From Verrucomicrobiales bacterium (GTDB taxonomy: Bacteria > Verrucomicrobiota > Verrucomicrobiia > Verrucomicrobiales > V1-33), in NCBI GenBank assembly GCA_046155625.1, contig JBJXFS010000024.1, positions 14,898-78,897 on the forward strand: a DNA stretch of 64,000 nt, in the 5' to 3' direction. Positions 19,980 to 29,707 of this stretch are shown in pieces; within the stretch, counting starts at the first letter, position 1, and every line of letters begins with the position of its first letter. The translations under genes were made by a program, and so were the position numbers. The notes beneath the pieces are model-generated. The model had not been told where the DNA came from. It made no database searches and was given only the letters and a program-made list of their open reading frames with translations.

Positions 19980-20717
19980 TCAGCGAGTTCCTGATGGCTG
20001 AGCTGCCGCCGGGGCGAGTTCCCCGAGCACGGCGGCGATGTCGTGCTCGAGTTTTTGCATGACGAGCCGATTGATGCCGGGATCCGGGGCGGTGACGTCG
20101 TAATATTCGCGGACATGGCCCTGGGCATCGATGAGGGCGACGCGGGTATCGTGCTCATACAAATCTTCCGCGCTGAGGCGTTCGGCGGTGGGAATGTCCC
20201 GGACGGCGTGGAATTTGACTTGTTTGGCCATGTAATACCTCAGGGCCTCCGCATCGCCGGTGAGGAAGAGCCAATTGGGAGCGGCCAGTCCATGGGCTTC
20301 GCGAAAGCGTGTCAATTGTTCCGGGGTGTCGTGGTCAGGGTTCAGGCTGACTGAGACGAGATGAAAGCGCGGGTCGGCGCCGAATTTGTCGTTCATCGCC
20401 TTCATTTTGGCGACGACCTCGGCGCACCCGCGCGGGCAGGTGGTGTAGACCCAAGCGATGAGGAACACCTTTCCGTCGAGCTGGCTGAGCCGCACGTTCC
20501 GGCCGGACGAATCCACGGCCTCCAGATCTTTTTCGAGCCGCGTGAGATACGGCAGGCGTTTCGCCTGATTGGCGACTTCCGGCACGATGCGTTTGAAGAG
20601 GAGTTGCGTGCCGACGACGCCGCCAAAGGCGATGACGGCAATCAACGCCCAGATGGTCCAGGGCCGGACGCGGGGCGGGTCATCGGGCGAAGACGCATGA
20701 GGTTGGGGATCGGGCAT
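19980..20717 (-). CDS. SCO family copper chaperone
   Basis: YTTCPRGC (CxxxC), PDHDTPE, WLFLTG, distal His (YEHD). Confidence 0.93.
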   Translation of the reverse strand: MPDPQPHASSPDDPPRVRPWTIWALIAVIAFGGVVGTQLLFKRIVPEVANQAKRLPYLTRLEKDLEAVDSSGRNVRLSQLDGKVFLIAWVYTTCPRGCAEVVAKMKAMNDKFGADPRFHLVSVSLNPDHDTPEQLTRFREAHGLAAPNWLFLTGDAEALRYYMAKQVKFHAVRDIPTAERLSAEDLYEHDTRVALIDAQGHVREYYDVTAPDPGINRLVMQKLEHDIAAVLGELAPAAAQPSGTR

Positions 20718-20747
20718 GGTGTGGGACAAAATGGGATTCTTTCCAAG

Positions 20748-21707
20748 TCAGGCTGGCCGTGAGCCGGCGAGCACGAGGATGAGGGCGAGCGGCAGGTAAG
20801 CCAGGGTGGCAAAAAACAACCGGCGGGCCGAGGCGCGGGTGCGGTCGCGCCGGAACTTTACCGAAAGCCAGACCAGCCACAGCGTGAGCGCGATCAAGCC
20901 GGCGGCCACGCTCCAGTGGGCGAACCCGGCGGCGGCTGGCCAGAGGGCGATCGGAATCAGGGAGGCGCTGAAGGCGAGCGCGAGAGCCGAAGTGAGGGCG
21001 CCCGACTCGTCGTCATTCGACCACATGACGAATCCGGCGCGGCGGTAATCATCGCGATACATCCAATTGATGGCGAGGAAATGCGGCAATTGCCAGAGGA
21101 AGAGCAGGGCGAAAAGCCACCACGCTTCCGCGCGATGGAGCCACGACCAACGGAAGGCGACGGCCGTGGGATCCGGACCGGCGGCGGCCGCCCAGCCGAT
21201 GACGGGAGGCAGGGCGCCGGAGACCGCACCGACCAGGGTATTCGAGGCACTGCGTTGTTTGAGAGGCGTATAGATGAAGAGATAGATGACCAGGGTGGCG
21301 GCGGCGAACGCGGCGGCCTCGGCGTTGACCTTGTTGACCAAATGGACCACGCCCCATCCACTGAGGATCAGACCGATTAAAAAGGCGCCGGCGGCCGGAA
21401 TCCGTCGTCCGGGGAGCGGGCGGTCCGCCGTCCGGGTCATGCGCGCATCCGCGTCGATCTCGATCAGTTGATTAAAGACGGCTGATCCGAACGCACAGAG
21501 CGCGGTGCCAAATACCGTGTGGCCCAAGCGCCATCCATCCGCCAGCCCACCGCGTTCCACCCCCAACCAGTAGCCGGCCAATGTCGTCACGACCACCAAG
21601 CCCGACAGGCGCGCTTTGGTCAGCGCCATGAAGTCGTCTTTGGCACTGGCCATGGCCGGTACCGCGGCGTCCCCTTGGGCGGGCATGTTGGAAGCGGCTT
21701 TGTTCAC
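20748..21707 (-). CDS. ctaB: Protoheme IX farnesyltransferase (heme O synthase)
   Basis: NQLIEIDADARMTRTADRPLP, YTPLK, GALPP, WQLPHF. GTG start overlaps the ctaA stop (alternative ATG at 21686). Confidence 0.93.
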   Translation of the reverse strand: MNKAASNMPAQGDAAVPAMASAKDDFMALTKARLSGLVVVTTLAGYWLGVERGGLADGWRLGHTVFGTALCAFGSAVFNQLIEIDADARMTRTADRPLPGRRIPAAGAFLIGLILSGWGVVHLVNKVNAEAAAFAAATLVIYLFIYTPLKQRSASNTLVGAVSGALPPVIGWAAAAGPDPTAVAFRWSWLHRAEAWWLFALLFLWQLPHFLAINWMYRDDYRRAGFVMWSNDDESGALTSALALAFSASLIPIALWPAAAGFAHWSVAAGLIALTLWLVWLSVKFRRDRTRASARRLFFATLAYLPLALILVLAGSRPA

Positions 21708-22936
21708 ACGGACAGTGCCGGGTCGGCGCCGGCTCGCCCAGCCACCATACCCCTGTGAGGCACGGAGGCGACCAATTTGACCAGCAACGTGAACGCACAG
21801 GCCAGGATGCTCAGCCCCACGAGCACATGAAGGTTCGTGACCCAGAACACCGGGGATAGCTTGAGTTCGACGAGCGTGGTGGCCGGCGGCAGTTTGAACC
21901 GGTCCATGCTCACCAGCACGGAAATGCCCAGCAGGATTTGCCCGGCGATCAGAGCGGGAATGGCAAACGCCAATCGCCGCAAGCCACGATGCGCTTCCAG
22001 TCCGCGCCAGGCTGATCCGGCCAGCAGTGTCCCGAATCCGAAAACGACGAAAGCCCACGCCTTGTGGGCAAAAATCAGCCACAGGTCGCCGCGCCCCGCG
22101 GGCGGAAAAAGCGTGCCGCCCGTGGTGACCACATCGAGCGCCGCCGGGATTATGCGCTGGGTATGGCGGATGCTGGCACCCAGGGTCAATTGCACCGCCA
22201 CCGCCGCCAGGAAAACTCCGGTCAGCACGAGAAACCGACGCCGCGTCGCCTCGTGGACCAACCCCGGTGACGGCCAGTGCGGCGAACTGACCAACGCGAC
22301 CGTCAGCAGCAGGCAAAACAACACCTGACCCAGACTGCCATGAAATATCCCGAGAGCATCGGACAACGCGGTCACGCGCGTGCCACCCAGGATCGCTTGC
22401 GCCCCGATCACCACCCAGATGACCGCCAGCAAACGGACCAACAGCGGCCACCGCCGCATCGCCAATGACAGAACAAGCCACCCAAGACACAACACTCCCA
22501 ATCCCACCGCCACCCAGCCCCAGACCGATTGCGCTTCTGGAGCAATTCTTGGCGATTGGTTAAACGCCACGGCGGCGACCAGAGCGATCGAGAGAATGAC
22601 GACCCCTCCCAATTCCCCCGGTCCCAGCGGCCACCCGGTCGCGCGCCGCCCGTCGCGAGCGCGCCCCGCCGCCACCACCACCCAGAAAAACATCACGATG
22701 ACCAATCCGGTGAGGATTGTCGCCAGCCAACGATGCCCATGCTCCAACAGCAGAGGCAGCAATCCCCACCACCCGTCGGGATTGACGCGGTTAAACGCCA
22801 GTGGCCAGTCAGGCACGGCCAATCCGACATTCTCGGTCGTGACAGCCGCCCCCCACCAGATCAACAGCGCCGCCCACGCGATAATGAACACCGCATATCG
22901 ATGCAACCAGGACTTGGATGGCGGAGTTTCAGTCAC
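21704..22936 (-). CDS. ctaA: Heme A synthase (COX15/CtaA family)
   Basis: GLAVPDWP, EHGHR, FHG, AHK, NLHV histidines; multi-TM. Confidence 0.88.
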   Translation of the reverse strand: MTETPPSKSWLHRYAVFIIAWAALLIWWGAAVTTENVGLAVPDWPLAFNRVNPDGWWGLLPLLLEHGHRWLATILTGLVIVMFFWVVVAAGRARDGRRATGWPLGPGELGGVVILSIALVAAVAFNQSPRIAPEAQSVWGWVAVGLGVLCLGWLVLSLAMRRWPLLVRLLAVIWVVIGAQAILGGTRVTALSDALGIFHGSLGQVLFCLLLTVALVSSPHWPSPGLVHEATRRRFLVLTGVFLAAVAVQLTLGASIRHTQRIIPAALDVVTTGGTLFPPAGRGDLWLIFAHKAWAFVVFGFGTLLAGSAWRGLEAHRGLRRLAFAIPALIAGQILLGISVLVSMDRFKLPPATTLVELKLSPVFWVTNLHVLVGLSILACAFTLLVKLVASVPHRGMVAGRAGADPALSV

Positions 22937-23131
22937 GGGAATCGCGAAGAGCAGGAATCAAACGGGCAAGGATGCCGACCATGCGGCATTCCGAATTTCC
23001 TCCAATCCACCGGCTGGCGGCCCGGAGAAATTCCGAGATTTTGTCGCCACCCACGGATTGCAAGAAATACGCCCCAAGACGAACGCCGGTTGACTGAATT
23101 CCAGGCACCGCGCGCACCCACCGCCTGGAGA

Positions 23132-23956
23132 CTATCGATCCGAAGCGGCCAGCGCGGGGTCGGCCGACGGCGGTGTGGCCTGCGCCTGCTGCGCCGCCGG
23201 AGCCGCGGCGGGGACCGGTGTCTTCTCTTTGTAAAACGCGGCGAAATCCGCTGGCGAGACGATCTGCAACGTCGAGCGCATGATGCCGTGGCCCGGGCCG
23301 CACAACTGACCGCAGACGATATCCCATTCGCCGATCTTTTGTGGAGTGAACCAGACGTGGGCCTCGCTGCCCGGAGTCGCATCCTGGCAGAGACGCATCG
23401 GGACAAGCGCAAGATTGTGAATCACATCCTTGGACGTGATGCCGACAATCGCCGGTTCGCCCAGCGGGAGCGTCAGTGTGTTCAGCTCGACGAAATCATC
23501 CTTGGCATTTGGATCGCTCAGATCGAGCCCCACCGGATTAGTCGAGGAAATCAGCCGCGCATTGTCCGTTCTTCCGAATTTTCCGTCCGGACCACAATAA
23601 TGAAACCACCAGCGGAACTGTTCGCCCACCGCGCGCACACGCGCCACGTTGGATCCCGCCGGAAAGTCGTCGACCCGCCGGCTCCACAGGGGGTACGCAA
23701 ACCCAAGCAAGAGGACCGCCTCGGTGACGATCACGCCGATTTCGATGTGGGTCGTCGCGTGGCCGCGCAGGCCAACGTAATTGCCACGGGGGTTCTTCGA
23801 CTTGCGAAACAGGTAAATCGCCACTGCGATGTAAATCGACCATCCGGCGCCGAGGATCAGCATGAACCAGTGGACGAACTCCAGCAGCTGGTCCACCACC
23901 ACGCCGTGCTCCGACGCCAGTTCACCGATTCCCATCCATTGATTCAAAATGCCCAT
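23132..23956 (-). CDS. coxB: Cytochrome c oxidase subunit II (CuA), no fused cytochrome c
   Basis: Two TM helices, GEQFRW, DVIHN, CGQLCGPGHGIM. Confidence 0.95.
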   Translation of the reverse strand: MGILNQWMGIGELASEHGVVVDQLLEFVHWFMLILGAGWSIYIAVAIYLFRKSKNPRGNYVGLRGHATTHIEIGVIVTEAVLLLGFAYPLWSRRVDDFPAGSNVARVRAVGEQFRWWFHYCGPDGKFGRTDNARLISSTNPVGLDLSDPNAKDDFVELNTLTLPLGEPAIVGITSKDVIHNLALVPMRLCQDATPGSEAHVWFTPQKIGEWDIVCGQLCGPGHGIMRSTLQIVSPADFAAFYKEKTPVPAAAPAAQQAQATPPSADPALAASDR

Positions 23957-23980
23957 GTCAGTGTAAGTGAGTGATTAGAT

Positions 23981-24214
23981 CTAGATAGACTGGGTGGTGC
24001 CGGTGGGCGGTGGTTGCGCCAAACCTGCGATCTGGTCGGCACCGATAGCCCGCTGGCGGCGCACAAACCCGATCACCATGGCCAAAAACCCGCCGAAGAC
24101 GACGGCCATCACACCCAGCATGACAAAGATGGCGCCATTGGTCGCCTGATTGATCGTCGATCCAGGATCGACGCGGCACGACGGACAGGCCAGGAATTGA
24201 ATGAGATGAGTCAT
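23981..24214 (-). CDS. Small membrane protein with CxxC
   Basis: ACPSC followed by one TM helix; co-oriented within the cox operon. Confidence 0.7.
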   Translation of the reverse strand: MTHLIQFLACPSCRVDPGSTINQATNGAIFVMLGVMAVVFGGFLAMVIGFVRRQRAIGADQIAGLAQPPPTGTTQSI

Positions 24215-24226
24215 GGCAACCGGGGG

Positions 24227-24433
24227 TCACACGATGAGTCGGCGGGCTTTGCGGACGACGAACCAGATGCCGTAAATGGTCAGGATGACGCCGGCCAAGG
24301 CACTGAGCACGCCCATGGCACCCAAACTCGTCCCGAGCTCCGCCCCGCCCAGGGTAAACGCCCACACAGCAAACCCCAGCGAGCTGAGCACGGTCAGCAC
24401 GATGAAGAAAATGTGGAACGCTTTCAGGGACAT
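24227..24433 (-). CDS. Small two-TM membrane protein
   Basis: MSLKAFHIFFI..., two hydrophobic helices, within the operon. Confidence 0.75.
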   Translation of the reverse strand: MSLKAFHIFFIVLTVLSSLGFAVWAFTLGGAELGTSLGAMGVLSALAGVILTIYGIWFVVRKARRLIV

Positions 24434-24460
24434 GGGGTGATCGGATCGGCTGTCGCCGGC

Positions 24461-24826
24461 TCAGTAGTCAAACTTGTGATGGATCGGGTCGAAATGGTGG
24501 AGCACGATCAGGAACATCATCGCGGCAAAAAAGATCACCGTGAAGAGCAGGAATTTGTAGATCGTGCTCCGCTCGTGATTCAAGTGCATGAAAATGAGCG
24601 CGACACAGGCCGCCTTGAACGTGGCGATGAGCAGGCCCACGGCCAGATTCCAGGCGTGGCCGCCGAAGTCGACGTAAGACACGGCCACCGTCGCGACCGT
24701 GCCGGCAGCCAGCACGAGGAGGACGAGGAGGTACTTTTTGAAGCTGGCGCGCATTTCCTGCACAACGGCGGGATCCGGTGTGTGCAGGTCGGCGGCGGGT
24801 TTCGCGGTGTCGTGTGAATGATCCAT
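24461..24826 (-). CDS. Cytochrome c oxidase subunit IV family protein
   Basis: Three TM helices, IATFKA..V.LIFMHL. Confidence 0.9.
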   Translation of the reverse strand: MDHSHDTAKPAADLHTPDPAVVQEMRASFKKYLLVLLVLAAGTVATVAVSYVDFGGHAWNLAVGLLIATFKAACVALIFMHLNHERSTIYKFLLFTVIFFAAMMFLIVLHHFDPIHHKFDY

Positions 24827-24855
24827 GAGCGGAAAAATTGAACTCGGGAACGAGG

Positions 24856-26127
24856 TTACAGGAGATAGAAGACTGGGAAGAGGAAGATCCAGACCAGGTC
24901 GACGAAGTGCCAGAAAAGCCCTCCCACTTCGACGCGGTTGGCGAGGTGTTCGGGGTTTTTTTCGTAGAGCCGGCGTCCGAAGAAGAAGAAGTGGCCGAGC
25001 ACGAGGGCGCCGCCGATGACGTGCAGCCCGTGCAGACCGGTCATGAGGAAGTAGATCGCGTAGTACGTGTTGAGGTGCGGGCTGTAGTTCGAGAAGAAAT
25101 GGACTTCTTTCGACGGGACGGTGACCTCGACATGGGCGTGGGCTTTCGGGTCGGAGCCGAGATGTTCCCCCTTGAACGCCTTGCGCATCACCTCGCCATA
25201 ATTTTGCGGTAGTCGGCGATTGGGATCGTCCTTGGCTCTGTCGCGATTTTTATCGGCCTCGAAGCTCTCGAGCACTTCGGTCTTCTGTTGCAGAAAGGCT
25301 TGGCGGTTTTCTTCGCCGAGATAGTTCCAGACGAGGGCGTTGTCGCCGGCGTTTAGATTCTGGCTGATCCCCTTGACCTGACGCAAGTCGAAGCCGGAGA
25401 CCTCCAGGTGCACGTCGTCGTTGACCAGCCGGCCCTCGACGCGGGTGCCATCGCGGAAGGTCAATTCATTGCCGAGGTAGCTCGTCACGTGACGGCGGTC
25501 GGCCATGAGTTTCAGCGGCGGTCCTTCGACGGTGATGCGAACGACGCCACTGTCGGCGGTTTCGCGCAGGGACTTGAGGGCGACCCGGTAGGTTTCCGCC
25601 ACGGCCCCATTGGGCAGCTTGAAATTGCCATTCACGTCGGCGCCTGCGTTCGCCAGGAACCCAGGCTCGGATTTGCGCAGATCGACGTTGATCGCCGTGA
25701 CGTCGTGGAATTCGATCTGGTGTTTCGGGTGGTGACCGTCCAGCACGCTGCCGTCCGGGAGGCGAAGCGCCCAGTGAGTGAATTTGCCCGTGTACTCGTA
25801 CGACTTGATGACAAGGAACATCAAGGCGCAGACCAAGGTGGCCGCCATGCACCACTTGTACTTGTTGTACTGGCGCATTTTTAGAAATGCCCAGGCGAAG
25901 ACTACGGTGACCGACGAGAGGATGAGCACTCCGGTATTGATGAAGCCCGGCCAGACGCCGAGTTCGTGCACCGGCCACGGATAATCCGCGCCAATGCGCA
26001 GAAACACGTAGCTGGAAAACAGCCCGCCGAAGAGCATGACTTCCGAGGCCAGAAAGAGCCAGATGCCAACCTTGGCATTCCAGAGGCCGGTGTCAGGACG
26101 GGCGGTGACGGTGTAGGGAATTTCCAT
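24856..26127 (-). CDS. coxC: Cytochrome c oxidase subunit III with large soluble insertion
   Basis: WLFLASEVMLFGGLF, NT..LILSS, MTGLHGLHV, LFWHFVDLVWIFLFP. Confidence 0.93.
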   Translation of the reverse strand: MEIPYTVTARPDTGLWNAKVGIWLFLASEVMLFGGLFSSYVFLRIGADYPWPVHELGVWPGFINTGVLILSSVTVVFAWAFLKMRQYNKYKWCMAATLVCALMFLVIKSYEYTGKFTHWALRLPDGSVLDGHHPKHQIEFHDVTAINVDLRKSEPGFLANAGADVNGNFKLPNGAVAETYRVALKSLRETADSGVVRITVEGPPLKLMADRRHVTSYLGNELTFRDGTRVEGRLVNDDVHLEVSGFDLRQVKGISQNLNAGDNALVWNYLGEENRQAFLQQKTEVLESFEADKNRDRAKDDPNRRLPQNYGEVMRKAFKGEHLGSDPKAHAHVEVTVPSKEVHFFSNYSPHLNTYYAIYFLMTGLHGLHVIGGALVLGHFFFFGRRLYEKNPEHLANRVEVGGLFWHFVDLVWIFLFPVFYLL

Positions 26128-26172
26128 GGGCGGAAAACGTGGCGGCTGCGGTCGGGCTCCTGGGTTGGGGAA

Positions 26173-28080
26173 TTAATGATGCGCCGTGGCCACCGGGGCG
26201 ATCACCGGTTCGGGCTGGCCCGGGGATTTTTCCCATTGCGGCGTGAAGTCCTTGTCCGCCCCTGGCAGGCTGTATTCGTACGGGCCGCGGTAGGCGACCG
26301 GCTCGGTGGTGAAATTGCCGTGGGGTGGCGGCGTCGGCGTGTTCCATTCCATGGTGGTCGCCTGCCATGGGTTGTCCGAGGTGATCTTGCGGCCGGCCAT
26401 CATACTCCAGAAGAAATTGATGATGAATGGAATCTGCGCAATAGCCATGATGAACGCGCCCCAAGTCATGACATCGTTCAGGTGGAGGTAGCTGTTTTTC
26501 CCGAAGATCCACCAGAGTTGTTCGGGGAGCATATCATTGGCGATTTCCGGGTACGACTGGCCACCGTCGTAGGCGCGGCGATGGAATCCGCGCATCCCTT
26601 GGACCATCATGGGGGCGAAGACGACGTTCATGCAGATCAGGGTGGGCCAGAAGTGCAGGTGGCCGAGGAAATTGTTCATCATGCGGCCGGTCATTTTCGG
26701 GAACCAGTGGTAGATGCCGGCGAAGAGGCCGAAGAGGACGCCCGGGGCGACCACGTAGTGGAAGTGGCCGATGACGTAATAGGTGTCGTGCAGATGGAGG
26801 TCGACGAGGGCGAAGGCGAGTGGCAGACCGGTCAATCCCCCGATGCCGAACATCGGCAAGAACGCGGTGGCGAAGAGCATCGGAATGGTGAAGCGGATCG
26901 ATCCGCCCCACAGCGAGATCATCAGGCAGGTGAGCAGGATGACCGACGGGATGGAGATGAGAACCGTGGTCGTCTGGAAGAACGTCGTGATCACGCTGCC
27001 CATGCCGGTCATGTACATGTGGTGCGCCCACACGATGAACGAGAGGAAGCCGAGAACGAGCACCGCGTAGACCATGCTCTTGTACCCCCAAAGCGGATTG
27101 CGCGTGTTCGCCGGGATGACTTCAGCGACGACCGCGATGGCCGGCAGCAGGATGACGTAGACCTCGGGATGCCCGAGGAACCAAAAGAGATGCTGATAGA
27201 GCAGCGGACTGCCGCCGCCCGACACGTTCCAGAGCTGGCCGTTGACCACCATGCCGGTCGGCATGAAGAAGCTCGACCCAAAGAGACGATCGCTGAGCTG
27301 CATGAGGGCGGCGACTTCCAACGGCGGAAAGGCGAGGAGAAGGAGGAAGCCAGTGACCAACATGGCCCACACGAAAAATGGCATCCGCATCCAGGTCAGG
27401 CCGCGGGCGCGCAGGTTGATGATGGTCGCGAGGAAATTGACCGCGCCCAGAAGCGACGACGTGATCAGCATGGCCATGCCGACGAGCCACTGCGACTGGC
27501 CGTTCCAATAGATCCAGGGCTCGGAGGCATGGGTGACGCCGGCCAGTGGGGAATAATTTGTCCAGCCTGACTGGGCGGCGCCTGAAGGCAGGAAGAAGCT
27601 GACCAGCATGAGCACGCCGCCGACGAAAAAGCACCAGTAACTGGCCATATTGAGCCGGGGGAACGCCATATCGACGGCGCCGATTTGCAGCGGGGTGACG
27701 TAGTTTCCAAAGGCGGCGAACCCGAGCGGCACGACACCAAGAAAGACCATGATCGTGCCGTGCATGGCGCCGAACATGTTGTACAGCTCGCCGGTCACGG
27801 CGCCTTGGTTCAACCAGCGATCAGCCCCCCCGCCGCCCAGGAGATCGATGAATGGAAGCATCCAATCAGGGATTGGCTCGTTCGGATTCGCGATGCTCCA
27901 GCGCATGTAGAGCATGAGCATGAATCCGAAGAGGAGAAACAAGAGGGCCGACATCCCGTACTGGATGCCGATCCACTTGTGATCGGTGGAGAAGACGTAT
28001 TTCGACCAGAACGACTGTTCATGGTGGTCATGCCCATGACCGTGGTCATGGGAGTCGTGGGCGTGAGCGGCGGCAGACAT
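26173..28080 (-). CDS. coxA: Cytochrome c oxidase subunit I, A family (GHPEVY)
   Basis: TDHK, MHGT, GHPEVY, WAHHM, GHFHY, HRRAY; all six His ligands present. Confidence 0.97.
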   Translation of the reverse strand: MSAAAHAHDSHDHGHGHDHHEQSFWSKYVFSTDHKWIGIQYGMSALLFLLFGFMLMLYMRWSIANPNEPIPDWMLPFIDLLGGGGADRWLNQGAVTGELYNMFGAMHGTIMVFLGVVPLGFAAFGNYVTPLQIGAVDMAFPRLNMASYWCFFVGGVLMLVSFFLPSGAAQSGWTNYSPLAGVTHASEPWIYWNGQSQWLVGMAMLITSSLLGAVNFLATIINLRARGLTWMRMPFFVWAMLVTGFLLLLAFPPLEVAALMQLSDRLFGSSFFMPTGMVVNGQLWNVSGGGSPLLYQHLFWFLGHPEVYVILLPAIAVVAEVIPANTRNPLWGYKSMVYAVLVLGFLSFIVWAHHMYMTGMGSVITTFFQTTTVLISIPSVILLTCLMISLWGGSIRFTIPMLFATAFLPMFGIGGLTGLPLAFALVDLHLHDTYYVIGHFHYVVAPGVLFGLFAGIYHWFPKMTGRMMNNFLGHLHFWPTLICMNVVFAPMMVQGMRGFHRRAYDGGQSYPEIANDMLPEQLWWIFGKNSYLHLNDVMTWGAFIMAIAQIPFIINFFWSMMAGRKITSDNPWQATTMEWNTPTPPPHGNFTTEPVAYRGPYEYSLPGADKDFTPQWEKSPGQPEPVIAPVATAHH

Positions 28081-28127
28081 GGGGAAAAGGCGGTTCGGGT
28101 GAAATTACTCTCGGATGACAGACGCGT

Positions 28128-28919
28128 CTACTGCGGCGCGGCGGCGGTGGGGGCGGTGGGGGCGGGGGCGGGCGGAGTGGTCGCGGCGGCGGCCGCCGGG
28201 GCGGGAGCGGCCGAGGGAGCACCACCCTCGAGCATTTTGTCCTCGGGGATGGTTTTGAGTTCGCCCTCCGTGTACATGGTCGTTCGTCCCTTGGTGCGGC
28301 TGAGGAAGGTGGCAGCCTGTTCGATGGAGACTTCCGTGCCGGTATTCCCCCACCCTTGCCGGATGAAGCTGAGCACCCCGGCGAATTCCTTGGGTGTCAA
28401 AATGGGTGGCGCATGCGCGGGCATGATCGCCGCTCCATACTGTTGGCCCTTGACGGTGAGCGGGCCCATCAGGCCGTAGGCGACCAGCGACGCCAGACGT
28501 TCGGTGCTGCCGAGCACCCATTCGGAGCCGACGAGCGGCGGGTAAAGGCCGGGCTGGCCTTGGCCGTCGGCCTGGTGGCACGCCACGCAGCCCTTGCCCT
28601 TGTACACCTTTTCTCCGATGGCGTACAGGCTCTGATCCGTCCCCCCGGATTCGGGCACGAGCGGATCCGGAACTCGCGGTTGGTATGACGCGCCGAATTT
28701 ATTGTAGTTCATCCCGTCGTCCAGTCCGCTGCCGCGGTGGGCGCCGAAGAACGTGAATCCGAGCGCGGTCACAGCGATGGCGCCGAGGGCGACCCACAGC
28801 GAAACCGGCCGGCTTTCGGCGACGCGGTCCGGATGTTCACGGGCCAAGGCGTTATGGACGCGGGCCACGTTGAGCGTGGACCGATAATCGATGTTCTGGG
28901 ACTGTGATTCGGAGCTCAT
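28128..28919 (-). CDS. Membrane-anchored monoheme cytochrome c
   Basis: CVACHQADGQG, YPPLVGSEWV, IMPA, IRQGWGN; resembles the caa3 cytochrome c domain. Confidence 0.92.
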   Translation of the reverse strand: MSSESQSQNIDYRSTLNVARVHNALAREHPDRVAESRPVSLWVALGAIAVTALGFTFFGAHRGSGLDDGMNYNKFGASYQPRVPDPLVPESGGTDQSLYAIGEKVYKGKGCVACHQADGQGQPGLYPPLVGSEWVLGSTERLASLVAYGLMGPLTVKGQQYGAAIMPAHAPPILTPKEFAGVLSFIRQGWGNTGTEVSIEQAATFLSRTKGRTTMYTEGELKTIPEDKMLEGGAPSAAPAPAAAAATTPPAPAPTAPTAAAPQ

Positions 28920-29701
28920 TTCGCGGTCGAAGCAGGGGCAGGGGCAGGAGCTGGAGCTGGGGCGGCAGCACCGGCAGCGGGAGCCGGGGCGGGGGCCGCG
29001 GCAGCGGGAGCCGGCGCAGCTGGCGGTGGTTTGGTTCCGCCGAGCGAGACTGGGAGCGGGCTGTTGCGGCGGAGGGCGAGGAGGTAATCGGCGAGATCGA
29101 CGGCCTCCGTGGAAGGTACGATTTCAAACCCCTCCGCGGGTGCCAGTTTTCCCTCGGTAAAGACCGCCCATTTCGACCGCTGGCCGAGGATGGGGCGGGT
29201 GTCAAAGAGGTGGCGCTGGGGCGGGCAGGACGTCCAGTCGTAACGGGCCTGGGGCGAGTAGAGGTGCTCCAAAACTTGAAGCCTCGACTGAAACCGGTAA
29301 CTGGCGTTGGCCAGATCGGGCCCGATGCGGCGCTCGCCGATGGCGGCGAATGACTCACCCAGGTAGTCGTAGGGCGATGTCTGACGCGTGCGCTTGGGAG
29401 CCAGGGCGTTCTGCGCCTCGCCCCAATTGCGTTTGAATTCGTCCCCGTCGCCACCCACGTACTGGGCACGTATGACCTGGGTATGGCACTGGGCACAGCC
29501 CTGGTTGAAGAATACTTGCTGCCCACGCGCCTGGTGGGCGGCACGGGAAGGCGGGAAGAAGCCGGTCATTTCGTCGCCGGCCTCGGCGTCGTAGGCGACG
29601 GGAGCCAGGTTGGCGAGGTGGCCATACGGGCGCGCGATCAGGAACAGCCAGGGGGCGCCGAACGTGACGATCAATCCAAGGATGAGTGAATTCAGGGACA
29701 T
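28916..29701 (-). CDS. cbb3-type subunit II (CcoO/FixO)-like cytochrome c
   Basis: GCAQCHTQVIR, GERRIGPDLAN, HLYSP. Confidence 0.85.
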   Translation of the reverse strand: MSLNSLILGLIVTFGAPWLFLIARPYGHLANLAPVAYDAEAGDEMTGFFPPSRAAHQARGQQVFFNQGCAQCHTQVIRAQYVGGDGDEFKRNWGEAQNALAPKRTRQTSPYDYLGESFAAIGERRIGPDLANASYRFQSRLQVLEHLYSPQARYDWTSCPPQRHLFDTRPILGQRSKWAVFTEGKLAPAEGFEIVPSTEAVDLADYLLALRRNSPLPVSLGGTKPPPAAPAPAAAAPAPAPAAGAAAPAPAPAPAPASTAK

Positions 29702-29707
29702 GGTCAA

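Noticed and set aside
21708-22490. 580-aa version of ctaB
   Set aside because: The extension overlaps ctaA in another frame; homologous sequence begins near 21707.
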